This document shows positions 46,153-54,882 of a stretch of DNA of 64,000 bases, in pieces. The first letter of the stretch is position 1; the number at the start of each line of letters is the position of its first letter. Source of the DNA: Rikenellaceae bacterium (lineage in GTDB: Bacteria; Bacteroidota; Bacteroidia; Bacteroidales; Rikenellaceae); contig JAVBKU010000005.1 in the NCBI GenBank assembly GCA_031553875.1, positions 43,547 through 107,546 of the forward strand. The letters are read 5' to 3'. Below the pieces are notes generated by a model. It saw only the letters and a program-made list of their open reading frames with translations, made no database searches and was not told the DNA's origin. The position numbers and the translations under genes are program-made.

Positions 46153-48588
46153 ATGAAGGTATTGAAATTTGGGGGAACATCCGTAGGTTCCTCAAAAGGT
46201 ATTCTGCAAATCAGGAAAGAGGCACAGAGTAGCGGCGAAGAGGTGATAATAGTTGTTTCGGCCCTCGGAGGGATAACGGACAAACTGCTCTCCACCGCAC
46301 GCACGGCCTCCGCAGGCGACGCTTCATACCTCACCCTCCTGGAAGAAATAAACTCCCTCCACCACGATATCATAGGCAAGGTCATCGACGCCAAAGCCTC
46401 TAAAAGCGTGGGCGCGAGTGTCGACGCCCTGCTCGACGAGCTGTCTAACATCCTCAAGGGAGTATTCCTCATCCGCGATCTCTCGGACAAGACCACCAAC
46501 ACCATAGTAAGCTACGGCGAACGCCTTTCTGCTATGATAATCAGCGCGGCCATCGAAGGCTCCGGGCTGTACGACTCACGCGAATTCATTAAGACCCAGC
46601 CCAACTTCGGCAAGCATACCGTGCTGGCCGAGAAGACCGAAAAACTCATCCGCGAGAAGCTCTCCGGGAGGGGTAAGGTGTCGGTGATCCCGGGCTTCAT
46701 ATCTTCGGACGCGGAGAGCGGCGAGGTGACCAATCTCGGACGCGGCGGCTCCGACTACACCGCTGCCCTCGTGGCCTCGGCCCTGGGCGCGTCGGTATTG
46801 GAGATATGGACCGACGTTGACGGCTTTATGACCGCAGACCCAAAGGTAATCGGCAACGCCTACGTTATCGAGCGCCTGAGCTTCGTAGAGGCAATGGAGC
46901 TGTGCAACTTCGGCGCTAAGGTGATATATCCGCCCACCATCTATCCCGCCTACCACAAGAACATTCCCATAGTCATCCGCAATACGTTCAACCCTTCGGC
47001 TCCCGGCACATTCATTTCGAGGGAGAAGGTGAGCGACCAGAGCAAGGCTATCAAGGGCATCTCGTCGATCAACGACACCTGCCTCATAACCGTACAAGGC
47101 CTGGGAATGGTGGGGGTAATAGGCGTCAACTACCGTATATTCAAAACCCTCGCCAAGGCTGGGATAAGCGTGTTCTTCGTGTCGCAGGCCGCGAGCGAGA
47201 ACACCACTTCGATAGGGGTTCGCAACGCCGACGCGGAACTTGCCGCGAGTGTACTGGAAGAGGAGTTCCATGCCGAGATAAGCATGGGCGAGATCAACCG
47301 CGTGAAGTGCGAGCCCAACCTCGCCACCGTGGCAATCGTGGGTGAGAATATGAAGCACACCCCGGGTATCGCGGGTAAGCTGTTCGGCACCCTCGGGCGT
47401 AATGGTATCAACGTGATAGCCTGCGCGCAGGGAGCCTCGGAAACAAATATTTCCTTCGTCATTTCGCTCGACAGCCTACGCAAAGCCATGAACGTGATAC
47501 ACGACTCGTTCTTCCTGTCGGAGTATCAGGTGCTCAACATCTTCATCGCAGGTACGGGCCTCGTGGGCCGCAGCCTGATGGAGCAAATACGCCTCCAGCA
47601 GGAGAAACTCCAGAAGGACAACTCGCTGAAACTACGCATAGTGGGTATCACCAACTCTCGCCGCTTCATAGCATGCCGCGAGGGTATCGACCTGTCGAAC
47701 TATCAGGCGCTCCTCGACGCTTCGGCATGCGAGTCGTCGCCCGAAAAGTTCCGCGACGAGATGATAAGCATGAACATCTTCAACTCGGTGTTCGTCGACT
47801 GTACTGCCAGCGCCGAGGTAGCGGGCATCTACAAGAGCCTGCTGGAGCACAATATCTCGGTCGTAGCGGCCAACAAGATAGCCGCATCGTCGGAGTATGA
47901 AGTGTACAGCGAACTGAAGCAGATCGCCCGCAAGAGGGGCGTGAAGTTCCTGTTCGAGACCAACGTGGGTGCGGGGCTTCCCATCATCAACACCATCAGC
48001 GACCTTATCAACAGCGGCGACAAGATACTCAAGATCGAGGCCGTGGTGTCGGGTACGCTCAACTTCATCTTCAATGAGATGAGCGAGACGATCCCCATGA
48101 GCAAGGCTATCATGATGGCCAAGGAGGCGGGGTACGCCGAGCCCGACCCGAGGATAGACTTGAGCGGCAAGGATGTGATACGCAAGCTGGTGATACTCTC
48201 CCGCGAAGCCGGCTACCATGTGGAGCAGAGCGATGTGAAGAAGCAGCTCTTCATCCCCGAGAAGTACTTCGAGGGCAGCGTGGAGGATTTTTGGCGCACC
48301 ATTCCCGAGGTCGACGCCGACTTCGAGAAGAAGCGCAAAAAACTCGAGGCTGAAGGCAAGCGCTGGCGCTTTATCGCCACGCTCGATAACGGCAAGACCG
48401 AGGTGGCCCTGCGCGAGGTCGACAGCCAAAGCCCGTTCTACCACCTGGCAGGCAGCAACAACGTGATCCTGCTCACCACCGAGCGCTACAAGGAGTACCC
48501 CATGCAGATCAAGGGCTACGGCGCGGGCGCGGGAGTGACGGCTGCCGGCGTCTTCGCCGACATTATCAGCATCGCAAATATCAGGTAG
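46153..48588 (+). CDS. thrA: bifunctional aspartokinase / homoserine dehydrogenase
   Basis: Start is at the ATG at 46153 (MKVLKFGGTSVG). It contains the aspartokinase domain, ACT domains and a homoserine dehydrogenase domain (IAGTGLVG..., GAGLPII). Confidence 0.93.
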   Translation: MKVLKFGGTSVGSSKGILQIRKEAQSSGEEVIIVVSALGGITDKLLSTARTASAGDASYLTLLEEINSLHHDIIGKVIDAKASKSVGASVDALLDELSNILKGVFLIRDLSDKTTNTIVSYGERLSAMIISAAIEGSGLYDSREFIKTQPNFGKHTVLAEKTEKLIREKLSGRGKVSVIPGFISSDAESGEVTNLGRGGSDYTAALVASALGASVLEIWTDVDGFMTADPKVIGNAYVIERLSFVEAMELCNFGAKVIYPPTIYPAYHKNIPIVIRNTFNPSAPGTFISREKVSDQSKAIKGISSINDTCLITVQGLGMVGVIGVNYRIFKTLAKAGISVFFVSQAASENTTSIGVRNADAELAASVLEEEFHAEISMGEINRVKCEPNLATVAIVGENMKHTPGIAGKLFGTLGRNGINVIACAQGASETNISFVISLDSLRKAMNVIHDSFFLSEYQVLNIFIAGTGLVGRSLMEQIRLQQEKLQKDNSLKLRIVGITNSRRFIACREGIDLSNYQALLDASACESSPEKFRDEMISMNIFNSVFVDCTASAEVAGIYKSLLEHNISVVAANKIAASSEYEVYSELKQIARKRGVKFLFETNVGAGLPIINTISDLINSGDKILKIEAVVSGTLNFIFNEMSETIPMSKAIMMAKEAGYAEPDPRIDLSGKDVIRKLVILSREAGYHVEQSDVKKQLFIPEKYFEGSVEDFWRTIPEVDADFEKKRKKLEAEGKRWRFIATLDNGKTEVALREVDSQSPFYHLAGSNNVILLTTERYKEYPMQIKGYGAGAGVTAAGVFADIISIANIR

Positions 48589-48712
48589 GCGCAACGGCAA
48601 GTATTTTTTGTTGTCGGGCAAAAGGCGTTTGGGATTTGCATCGGTTTGCGATGTTCATCCGGGGGGCTCGGCTACAGGGCACAACGTCCCTCAACATGTA
48701 AAAACTATCATT

Positions 48713-49927
48713 ATGAAATACCTTATAATACTCGGCGACGGCATGGCCGATGAGCCTGTCCCCTCACTCGGGGGGAAGACTCCCCTGCAGGCCGCCGTCA
48801 AGCCTAATATTGACCTCCTGGCAAAGGAGGGGCGCAATGGCCTGTTCCACACCATACCCCAGGGCTTCAAACCCGGGAGCGAGATAGCCAACCTCTCGAT
48901 CCTCGGCTATGACCTGAACAAGGTATTCGAGGGCCGCGGATCGCTCGAGGCGGCCAGTATGGGCGTGGATATCGTTCCCGGCGAGATGGCCATGCGCTGC
49001 AACCTCATCACCGTGGAGGACGGCAAGATAAAGAACCATTCCGCGGGACATATCTCCGACAAGGAGGCCCACGAGCTTATCGCCTTTCTTGAAAAGGAAC
49101 TGGGCGGAGGCGATGTGAATTTCTTCCCCGGGGTTTCGTACCGCCACCTGTTGAAGATCCGCGGCGGCGACAAGAACATCCAGACCACACCGCCGCACGA
49201 CGTTCCCGGCACCCCAGTGAAAGAGGTGTTGGCGAAAGCCCTCAGGCTCGAGGCCGAAGCTACGGCGAAACTTATAAACGACCTTATACTGCGTTCGCAG
49301 GAGTTGCTCGAAAACCACCCGGTGAACCTGCGCCGCAAGGCCGAGGGCAAAGAACCTGCCAACAGCATATGGCCGTGGTCGCCCGGCTACCGCCCCAAGA
49401 TGGAGACCATCCCACACAAGTACGGCGTACGCAACGGGGCCGTGATCTCGGCGGTGGACCTTATAAAGGGCATCGGCGTCTACGCCGGCCTCACCCCCAT
49501 AAACGTCGAGGGCGCAACCGGCCTCTACGATACCAACTACGAAGGGAAGGCCGAGGCTGCCGTCGAGGCCCTGAAGAGCAACGACTTCGTTTTCCTCCAT
49601 GTGGAGGCGAGCGACGAGGCGGGACACGAGGGCGACGTGGAGCTCAAGGTGAAGACCATCGAGTACCTCGACCGCAGGATCGTAGGTCCCGTGATGAAGG
49701 CCGTGAAAGCGATGAACGAGGAGGTATCGGTAGCTATCCTGCCCGACCACCCCACACCCTGCAGGCTGCGTACCCATACCTCGGCGCCCGTTCCCTTCGC
49801 CATCTGGCGCACCGGGAGCGAAGCCGACAAGGTGGAACGTTTCGACGAAGATTCAGCCCGCGAAGGCTCCTACGGAGAGATCCGGGGCGAGGAATTTATG
49901 GAATTATTCATAAAGGGAAATAAGTAA
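48713..49927 (+). CDS. cofactor-independent phosphoglycerate-mutase-like (alkaline-phosphatase superfamily) protein; probable homoserine kinase analogue of the thr operon
   Basis: Start is at the ATG at 48713 (MKYLIILGDGMADEP). The motifs are metalloenzyme-superfamily (GDGMAD, EASDEAGHEGD, DHPTP). The gene sits between thrA and thrC. Confidence 0.8.
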   Translation: MKYLIILGDGMADEPVPSLGGKTPLQAAVKPNIDLLAKEGRNGLFHTIPQGFKPGSEIANLSILGYDLNKVFEGRGSLEAASMGVDIVPGEMAMRCNLITVEDGKIKNHSAGHISDKEAHELIAFLEKELGGGDVNFFPGVSYRHLLKIRGGDKNIQTTPPHDVPGTPVKEVLAKALRLEAEATAKLINDLILRSQELLENHPVNLRRKAEGKEPANSIWPWSPGYRPKMETIPHKYGVRNGAVISAVDLIKGIGVYAGLTPINVEGATGLYDTNYEGKAEAAVEALKSNDFVFLHVEASDEAGHEGDVELKVKTIEYLDRRIVGPVMKAVKAMNEEVSVAILPDHPTPCRLRTHTSAPVPFAIWRTGSEADKVERFDEDSAREGSYGEIRGEEFMELFIKGNK

Positions 49928-49983
49928 CCGCATCGTAAAGCGATACTCATCTCTGTGGCTCGGCCTTCGGCCGACCCCCACAG

Positions 49984-50068
49984 CCGCCGAGATGAACATT
50001 TTGAGTAGCAAGGGCAGAGACTGTTTACAAACTATGCCGAATCGCGATAAACGACTAATAAAATTGAA
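49984..50068 (-). repeat. repeat module F3, copy 2 (between the pgm-like gene and thrC)
   Basis: Its reverse complement TTCAATTTTATTAGTCGTTTATCGCGATTCGGCATA...CTCTGCCCTTGCTACTCAAAATGTTCA matches 21906-21990. Confidence 0.7.
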
Positions 50069-50086
50069 TGTTTTATACATACAACT

Positions 50087-51391
50087 ATGAAATACTACAG
50101 CACAGCGGGCCAGTCGGCCGACGTAACGCTTTCGGAAGCGGTCATAGGCGGGCTCGCCCCCGACCGCGGCCTCTATATGCCCAGGCAGATCAAGAGCCTG
50201 TCAAAAGAGTTTTTCGACACCATCGCCTCGAAGGATTTTCATGAGATTTCCTGCACCGTGGCCGAAGCCTTTTTTGGCGAGGACATCCCCAAAAAAGAGC
50301 TGGACGCCATCGTGCGCGACACGCTCAGCTTCGACACGCCGCTGGTGAAAGTCACAGACGATATCTACTCCCTGGAGCTGTTCCACGGCCCCACCCTCGC
50401 CTTTAAGGACGTGGGCGCGAGGTTTATGGCCCGCATGCTGGCCCACTTTATCCGCAAGGAGGGCACGAAAGATAAGGTGACCGTACTCGTGGCCACTTCG
50501 GGCGACACCGGCAGCGCCGTGGCCAATGGCTTTCTTGGCGTGGACGGCATCGACGTGATCGTCCTCTACCCTAAGGGCAAGGTGAGCGAGATCCAGGAGA
50601 AACAGTTCACTACCCTCGGTCAAAATATCACCGCCCTGGAGATCGACGGTACTTTCGACGACTGCCAGAGGCTCGTGAAGAGCGCCTTCCTCGACCCCGA
50701 ATTGAGCACCCGCATGAAGCTCACCTCGGCCAACTCCATCAACGTGGCCCGCTTCCTGCCCCAGGCGTTCTACTACTTCAACGCCTACGCCAAGCTGCGC
50801 GCTATGGGCATCGACAAGGAGGTGGTTATCAGCGTGCCCAGCGGCAACTTCGGCAATATCACAGCGGGGCTTTTCGCCAAGAGGATGGGCCTTCCCGTGA
50901 AGCGTTTTATCGCGGCCAACAACCGCAACGACATATTCCTGCAATATCTGCGTACGGGCGTCTACTCGCCCCGTGCGTCGGTGTCGACCGTCGCCAATGC
51001 CATGGATGTGGGCGATCCGAGTAACTTCGCCCGCGTGCTGGAGCTCTACGGCAGTTCCGTGGAAGCTATAAGGGCCGATGTAAGCGGCGTGTCGTACGAC
51101 GACGAGGCTATCAGGGGCATTATGGCTGACTGCCGCAGGAAGACCTGTTACGTGCTCGACCCCCACGGAGCGTGCGGCTACCAGTCGCTCGTGGATGGAT
51201 TGAAAAAAGGCGAGGCGGGTATATTCCTCGAAACCGCCCACCCCGCCAAGTTCCTCGAAACCGTAGAAGAGACGCTGAAAGAAAAATTAGACATACCTTC
51301 TAAATTACAGGCCTTTATGAAGGGCTGGAAACAGAGTGTCGAGTTGGGTAGCGACTTCGAAGGATTCAAGAGATTCCTGATGGGGAGGTAG
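50087..51391 (+). CDS. thrC: threonine synthase
   Basis: 434 aa with the PLP-lysine motif HGPTLAFKDVGARF and the SGDTGSA and SGNFGN motifs. Confidence 0.93.
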   Translation: MKYYSTAGQSADVTLSEAVIGGLAPDRGLYMPRQIKSLSKEFFDTIASKDFHEISCTVAEAFFGEDIPKKELDAIVRDTLSFDTPLVKVTDDIYSLELFHGPTLAFKDVGARFMARMLAHFIRKEGTKDKVTVLVATSGDTGSAVANGFLGVDGIDVIVLYPKGKVSEIQEKQFTTLGQNITALEIDGTFDDCQRLVKSAFLDPELSTRMKLTSANSINVARFLPQAFYYFNAYAKLRAMGIDKEVVISVPSGNFGNITAGLFAKRMGLPVKRFIAANNRNDIFLQYLRTGVYSPRASVSTVANAMDVGDPSNFARVLELYGSSVEAIRADVSGVSYDDEAIRGIMADCRRKTCYVLDPHGACGYQSLVDGLKKGEAGIFLETAHPAKFLETVEETLKEKLDIPSKLQAFMKGWKQSVELGSDFEGFKRFLMGR

Positions 51392-51416
51392 ACGAATCCT
51401 TTTTGTATAAAAACCT

Positions 51417-51452
51417 GATTGGGGGCGGAAACGATCGTTTCCGCCCCCAATC
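51417..51452 (+). terminator. strong bidirectional hairpin terminator after thrC
   Basis: GATTGGGGGCGGAAACG-AT-CGTTTCCGCCCCCAATC is a near-perfect palindrome with a stem of about 17 bp. It is preceded by AAAAA. Confidence 0.7.
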
Positions 51453-51596
51453 GGTTATTCCGTAGGCTCGCGACTGCCAGGGCAGTCGCCACTTCCTGCG
51501 GCTCGACGCTTTGCGTCGTCCCCCGCAGCCGCAGGAAGTGAATATTCAAAACTCGTTGACTATGAGAACTCCCTATCCGCGGGAGTAAATGCAAAC

Positions 51597-52415
51597 CTAA
51601 CCTTTACGTAACTCCACTGCCGCCCAGCCGTCGCGCAGCCTGACCCTCTCCTGCTTCAGTCCCAATGATGCAGCATGCGAGACGATAGCATCCACGTCGC
51701 CCTCAAGTATCCCGCTCACTATCAGCAGGCCGCCCGGGACAAGCGACGCCACATAGCGCTCCATATCTGCGAGCAGGATATTGCGGTTGATATTTGCGAG
51801 TATGAAATCGTAGCTCCGGCCCTCGATAAGCGACGCGTCGCCCTGCATCGGCGTAACGCGCCCTTCCACGCCGTTAGTGGATATATTGTCGAGCGAGTTT
51901 TCGTACGCCCATTCGTCTATATCTATGGCATCGACATGCTCCGCCCCGCGTTTCACGGCCAAGATGGCAAGAATTCCCGTCCCGCTACCCATATCGAGGC
52001 CCCGCTGACCCGTAAAATCATGGTCGATAATAGCGGAAGTCATCAGCGACGTGGTGGCGTGGTGTCCCGTGCCAAACGACATCCGGGGCATGATCACTAC
52101 CTCGTACTCCGACCCTTTGCTCTCATGGAACGGCGCGCGTATCAGGCACCTCCCGTCGACCTCCACCGGTTCAAAATTCGACTCCCAGAGGCTGTTCCAG
52201 TTGCGTTCCTCCATCTCTGCACGGGTGTAATCCACCCCTGAGAGCAACTTCTCGATGGCCGGGAGGTTAGTCCCCAATTCACCCGTGGATATATAGGCCT
52301 TCAATGCCGCGCTCTCCTGCTGGAAGCTGTCGAAACCTGCGTCGCCGAGCTCGGCCATCATTATCTCTGCGGCCTCAGCCGAGGTGCACTTTATCGAAAA
52401 TTCTATGTACTTCAT
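51597..52415 (-). CDS. prmA: ribosomal protein L11 methyltransferase
   Basis: Start is trimmed to MKYIEFSIKC (ATG 52415). It has the SAM-binding motif LDMGSGTGILAI and FGTGHHATT. Confidence 0.9.
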   Translation of the reverse strand: MKYIEFSIKCTSAEAAEIMMAELGDAGFDSFQQESAALKAYISTGELGTNLPAIEKLLSGVDYTRAEMEERNWNSLWESNFEPVEVDGRCLIRAPFHESKGSEYEVVIMPRMSFGTGHHATTSLMTSAIIDHDFTGQRGLDMGSGTGILAILAVKRGAEHVDAIDIDEWAYENSLDNISTNGVEGRVTPMQGDASLIEGRSYDFILANINRNILLADMERYVASLVPGGLLIVSGILEGDVDAIVSHAASLGLKQERVRLRDGWAAVELRKG

Positions 52416-52459
52416 TACCCGTGTGTTGTTTTCAACGCAAATGTAGTAAATTTGGGGAT

Positions 52460-53371
52460 ATGGAAGCATGGCAAAAAGAGCTCAAGGAGTATAAACGCTA
52501 TATCGCGCTGGAGAGGAGGCTCTCCTCCAACAGCGTGACGGCCTATATGAGCGACCTCACGCTTTTCTGCGACTACCTGCTTGGCGAGCTGTCCGCCGAC
52601 CCGTTGAAGGCCACGGAGGGCGACGTGGAAGCGTTCCTCTCCCACCTCTACGACCTGGGGCGTGACAAAAAGACCCAGGCCCGGATGCTTAGCAGTATCC
52701 GTGGTTTCTATGCGTTCCTCGCCAGCAGCGAGAAGATCGAGTCCTCGCCCGTTGAATTTATCGACCAGCCCAAGAGCGCCCGTAAGCTTCCGGGAGTGCT
52801 ATCGGTAGATGAGATCGACAACATAGTCGCAGCCATCGACCTCAGCTCCCCCTACGGCCACCGCAATAAAGCGATGATAGAGACCCTCTACGGCTGTGGC
52901 CTGCGGGTGTCGGAGCTTATCGGTCTGCGCCTGAGCGATATTTTCTTCACCGAAGGATATGTGCGTGTGGTGGGCAAGGGCGATAAACAGCGCCTCGTAC
53001 CGCTCAACGACACGGTGGCCAAGCTCATGAAGCTATACATCGACCAACGGCGTACGATGAAAGTATCGCCGCAGGCCGTGGACGTTCTTTTCCTCAACTC
53101 ACGCGGAGGGGCGCTGTCGAGGGTGATGGTATTCCACGTAATCCGCGACCTTGCCGAAAAAGCCGGTATCTCGCGCTCCATAAGTCCCCACTCCCTGCGC
53201 CACTCATTTGCCACGCACCTCCTTGAGGGCGGGGCCGACATACGCCAGGTGCAGGAACTTCTGGGCCATGAATCCATCATCACCACCGAAATATACACCC
53301 ACTTAGACAGCCGCATGATGGCCCGGGGCGTGGAGACCCATCCCCTCAACAAACTTAAACGGGGTCGGTGA
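52460..53371 (+). CDS. xerD: site-specific tyrosine recombinase XerD (chromosome dimer resolution type)
   Basis: Start is at the ATG at 52460 (MEAWQKELKEYKRYIALERRLSSNSVTAY). It has the catalytic R..HxLRH..Y residues (GLRVSEL, HSLRHSFATHLL, HLGHESIITTEIYTH). Confidence 0.88.
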   Translation: MEAWQKELKEYKRYIALERRLSSNSVTAYMSDLTLFCDYLLGELSADPLKATEGDVEAFLSHLYDLGRDKKTQARMLSSIRGFYAFLASSEKIESSPVEFIDQPKSARKLPGVLSVDEIDNIVAAIDLSSPYGHRNKAMIETLYGCGLRVSELIGLRLSDIFFTEGYVRVVGKGDKQRLVPLNDTVAKLMKLYIDQRRTMKVSPQAVDVLFLNSRGGALSRVMVFHVIRDLAEKAGISRSISPHSLRHSFATHLLEGGADIRQVQELLGHESIITTEIYTHLDSRMMARGVETHPLNKLKRGR

Positions 53372-54882
53372 TGTTGCTCTCCGACAAAATAGCCGTGGCG
53401 CCTATGGTGCGTCTGGCCGTTCCCCTCGTTATCGGAATAGTGCTATCGGACAGCGCTCTCGCACCGCTCTGGGCGCTCGGCATTGCGGCCCTGCTGTGCT
53501 ATGCCCTGGGATGGATCATGTTCCGCTCGCCGGTGGGCGGGGCCTATATCTTCGGGGCTGTGCTTATCAGCGGAATATTCCTCACCCGCCTACACCGCAC
53601 CGATAATGTGCTGCCTGCGGGTGAGAGGATCATTATGAGCGGCGAGGTAGTCGAGATACCGGTAGAGAGCGGGCGATGGAGCAGGGCCAAAGTACGTATC
53701 ACAGCCTTCCTCCCGGAGAGTGACAGCGTATGGCGCAAGGCCGACGAGGCATTGGTACTGCGCGCCGACACCTCTTACCACCTCGGCGTGGGAGAACAGA
53801 TAGGTTTCCGCGGCTACTTCAACCTCACCGACAGCACCAATATGCGTTTCACGGCCCTGATGAAGGCGCGCGGTGTTACAGGCTACTCATACCTCACGCG
53901 CGGCAACCTCGTTTCCCGCTCGCCGTTCGTGCATAAGTCGGCGGTCTACTACGCTGCCAAAGCGCAGGGTTGGGCTGTGGAGCGGCTGATGAGGCTCGGA
54001 GGCAGCGACGAGAGCCGTGCCATGGCGGCGGCGCTGGTGGCGGGCGACAGGCGTTTCCTCTCGCGCGAAGTGAGGGACGACTACTCCACCGTGGGCGCTT
54101 CGCACATCCTTGCCGTATCGGGCCTGCACATGAATTTCGTGTTCGTGATAGTAAACCTCCTGCTTGCATTGGTCACGCTCACCCCACGCGGGCATATCGT
54201 CAAGAACGGCGCTGTGGTGGCCGCCATCTGGGCCTACACGGTGATGGCTGGACTCGCACCCTCGGCCGTGAGGGCAGCGTTGATGCTATCCGCGGTACAG
54301 TTGTCGCTGGGAATATCATCGCCTCGTAACAGCTACAATATACTTTTCGGGGCGGGCGTGGTAATGCTGTTCATTAATCCATACTACCTCTTCGACGTGG
54401 GTTTTCAACTCTCGTTCATGGCCGTGTTGTCGATACTCTTCTTCCTGCCACGGTTTGTACGCTGGCTCCCCTTGCGGGGAAATTTCGCACGCAAGGCGGC
54501 CTCGGCGTTGCTTATCGGATTCGCGGCGCAGGTGGGTATAATTCCCATTCTGGCATATAATTTCGGGTCGATACCGTTTCTGGGAGTCCTGCTCTCATCT
54601 ATAATATCTCTCACAGCCTTTCTCATAATCACAGTGGGACTGGTATGGGTGGTAGCCCCCGTAAGCTTTATGGCGGGAGCGACGGGCTGGCTCGTGGAAC
54701 TGTTCACGACTATCCAGAACGGGGTTATATCGCTCACCGCCACCTCTCCGCTGGCGGCTGTGAAAGTGCCGGGTGTAGGCGGCACGGGGGTTATTATCAC
54801 ATATTTGCTTATCTTTGCCCTGTGTTTAACTATCGAAATGTGGGAAGACAGCAGACATCAAAAACTCTCAACCAGGCCGTAG
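53371..54882 (+). CDS. comEC: ComEC/Rec2-family DNA internalisation membrane protein (no beta-lactamase domain)
   Basis: About 503 aa, polytopic, with the competence-domain motif GASHILAVSGLHM. Its start overlaps the xerD stop (GTGATG). Confidence 0.85.
   Translation: MLLSDKIAVAPMVRLAVPLVIGIVLSDSALAPLWALGIAALLCYALGWIMFRSPVGGAYIFGAVLISGIFLTRLHRTDNVLPAGERIIMSGEVVEIPVESGRWSRAKVRITAFLPESDSVWRKADEALVLRADTSYHLGVGEQIGFRGYFNLTDSTNMRFTALMKARGVTGYSYLTRGNLVSRSPFVHKSAVYYAAKAQGWAVERLMRLGGSDESRAMAAALVAGDRRFLSREVRDDYSTVGASHILAVSGLHMNFVFVIVNLLLALVTLTPRGHIVKNGAVVAAIWAYTVMAGLAPSAVRAALMLSAVQLSLGISSPRNSYNILFGAGVVMLFINPYYLFDVGFQLSFMAVLSILFFLPRFVRWLPLRGNFARKAASALLIGFAAQVGIIPILAYNFGSIPFLGVLLSSIISLTAFLIITVGLVWVVAPVSFMAGATGWLVELFTTIQNGVISLTATSPLAAVKVPGVGGTGVIITYLLIFALCLTIEMWEDSRHQKLSTRP

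Noticed and set aside
52460-53371. A tyrosine recombinase as a marker of an integrative mobile element or genomic island.
   Set aside because: The sequence and context (between prmA and comEC, with no att-like repeats, excisionase, transfer or cargo genes) fit the housekeeping XerD-type dimer-resolution recombinase.
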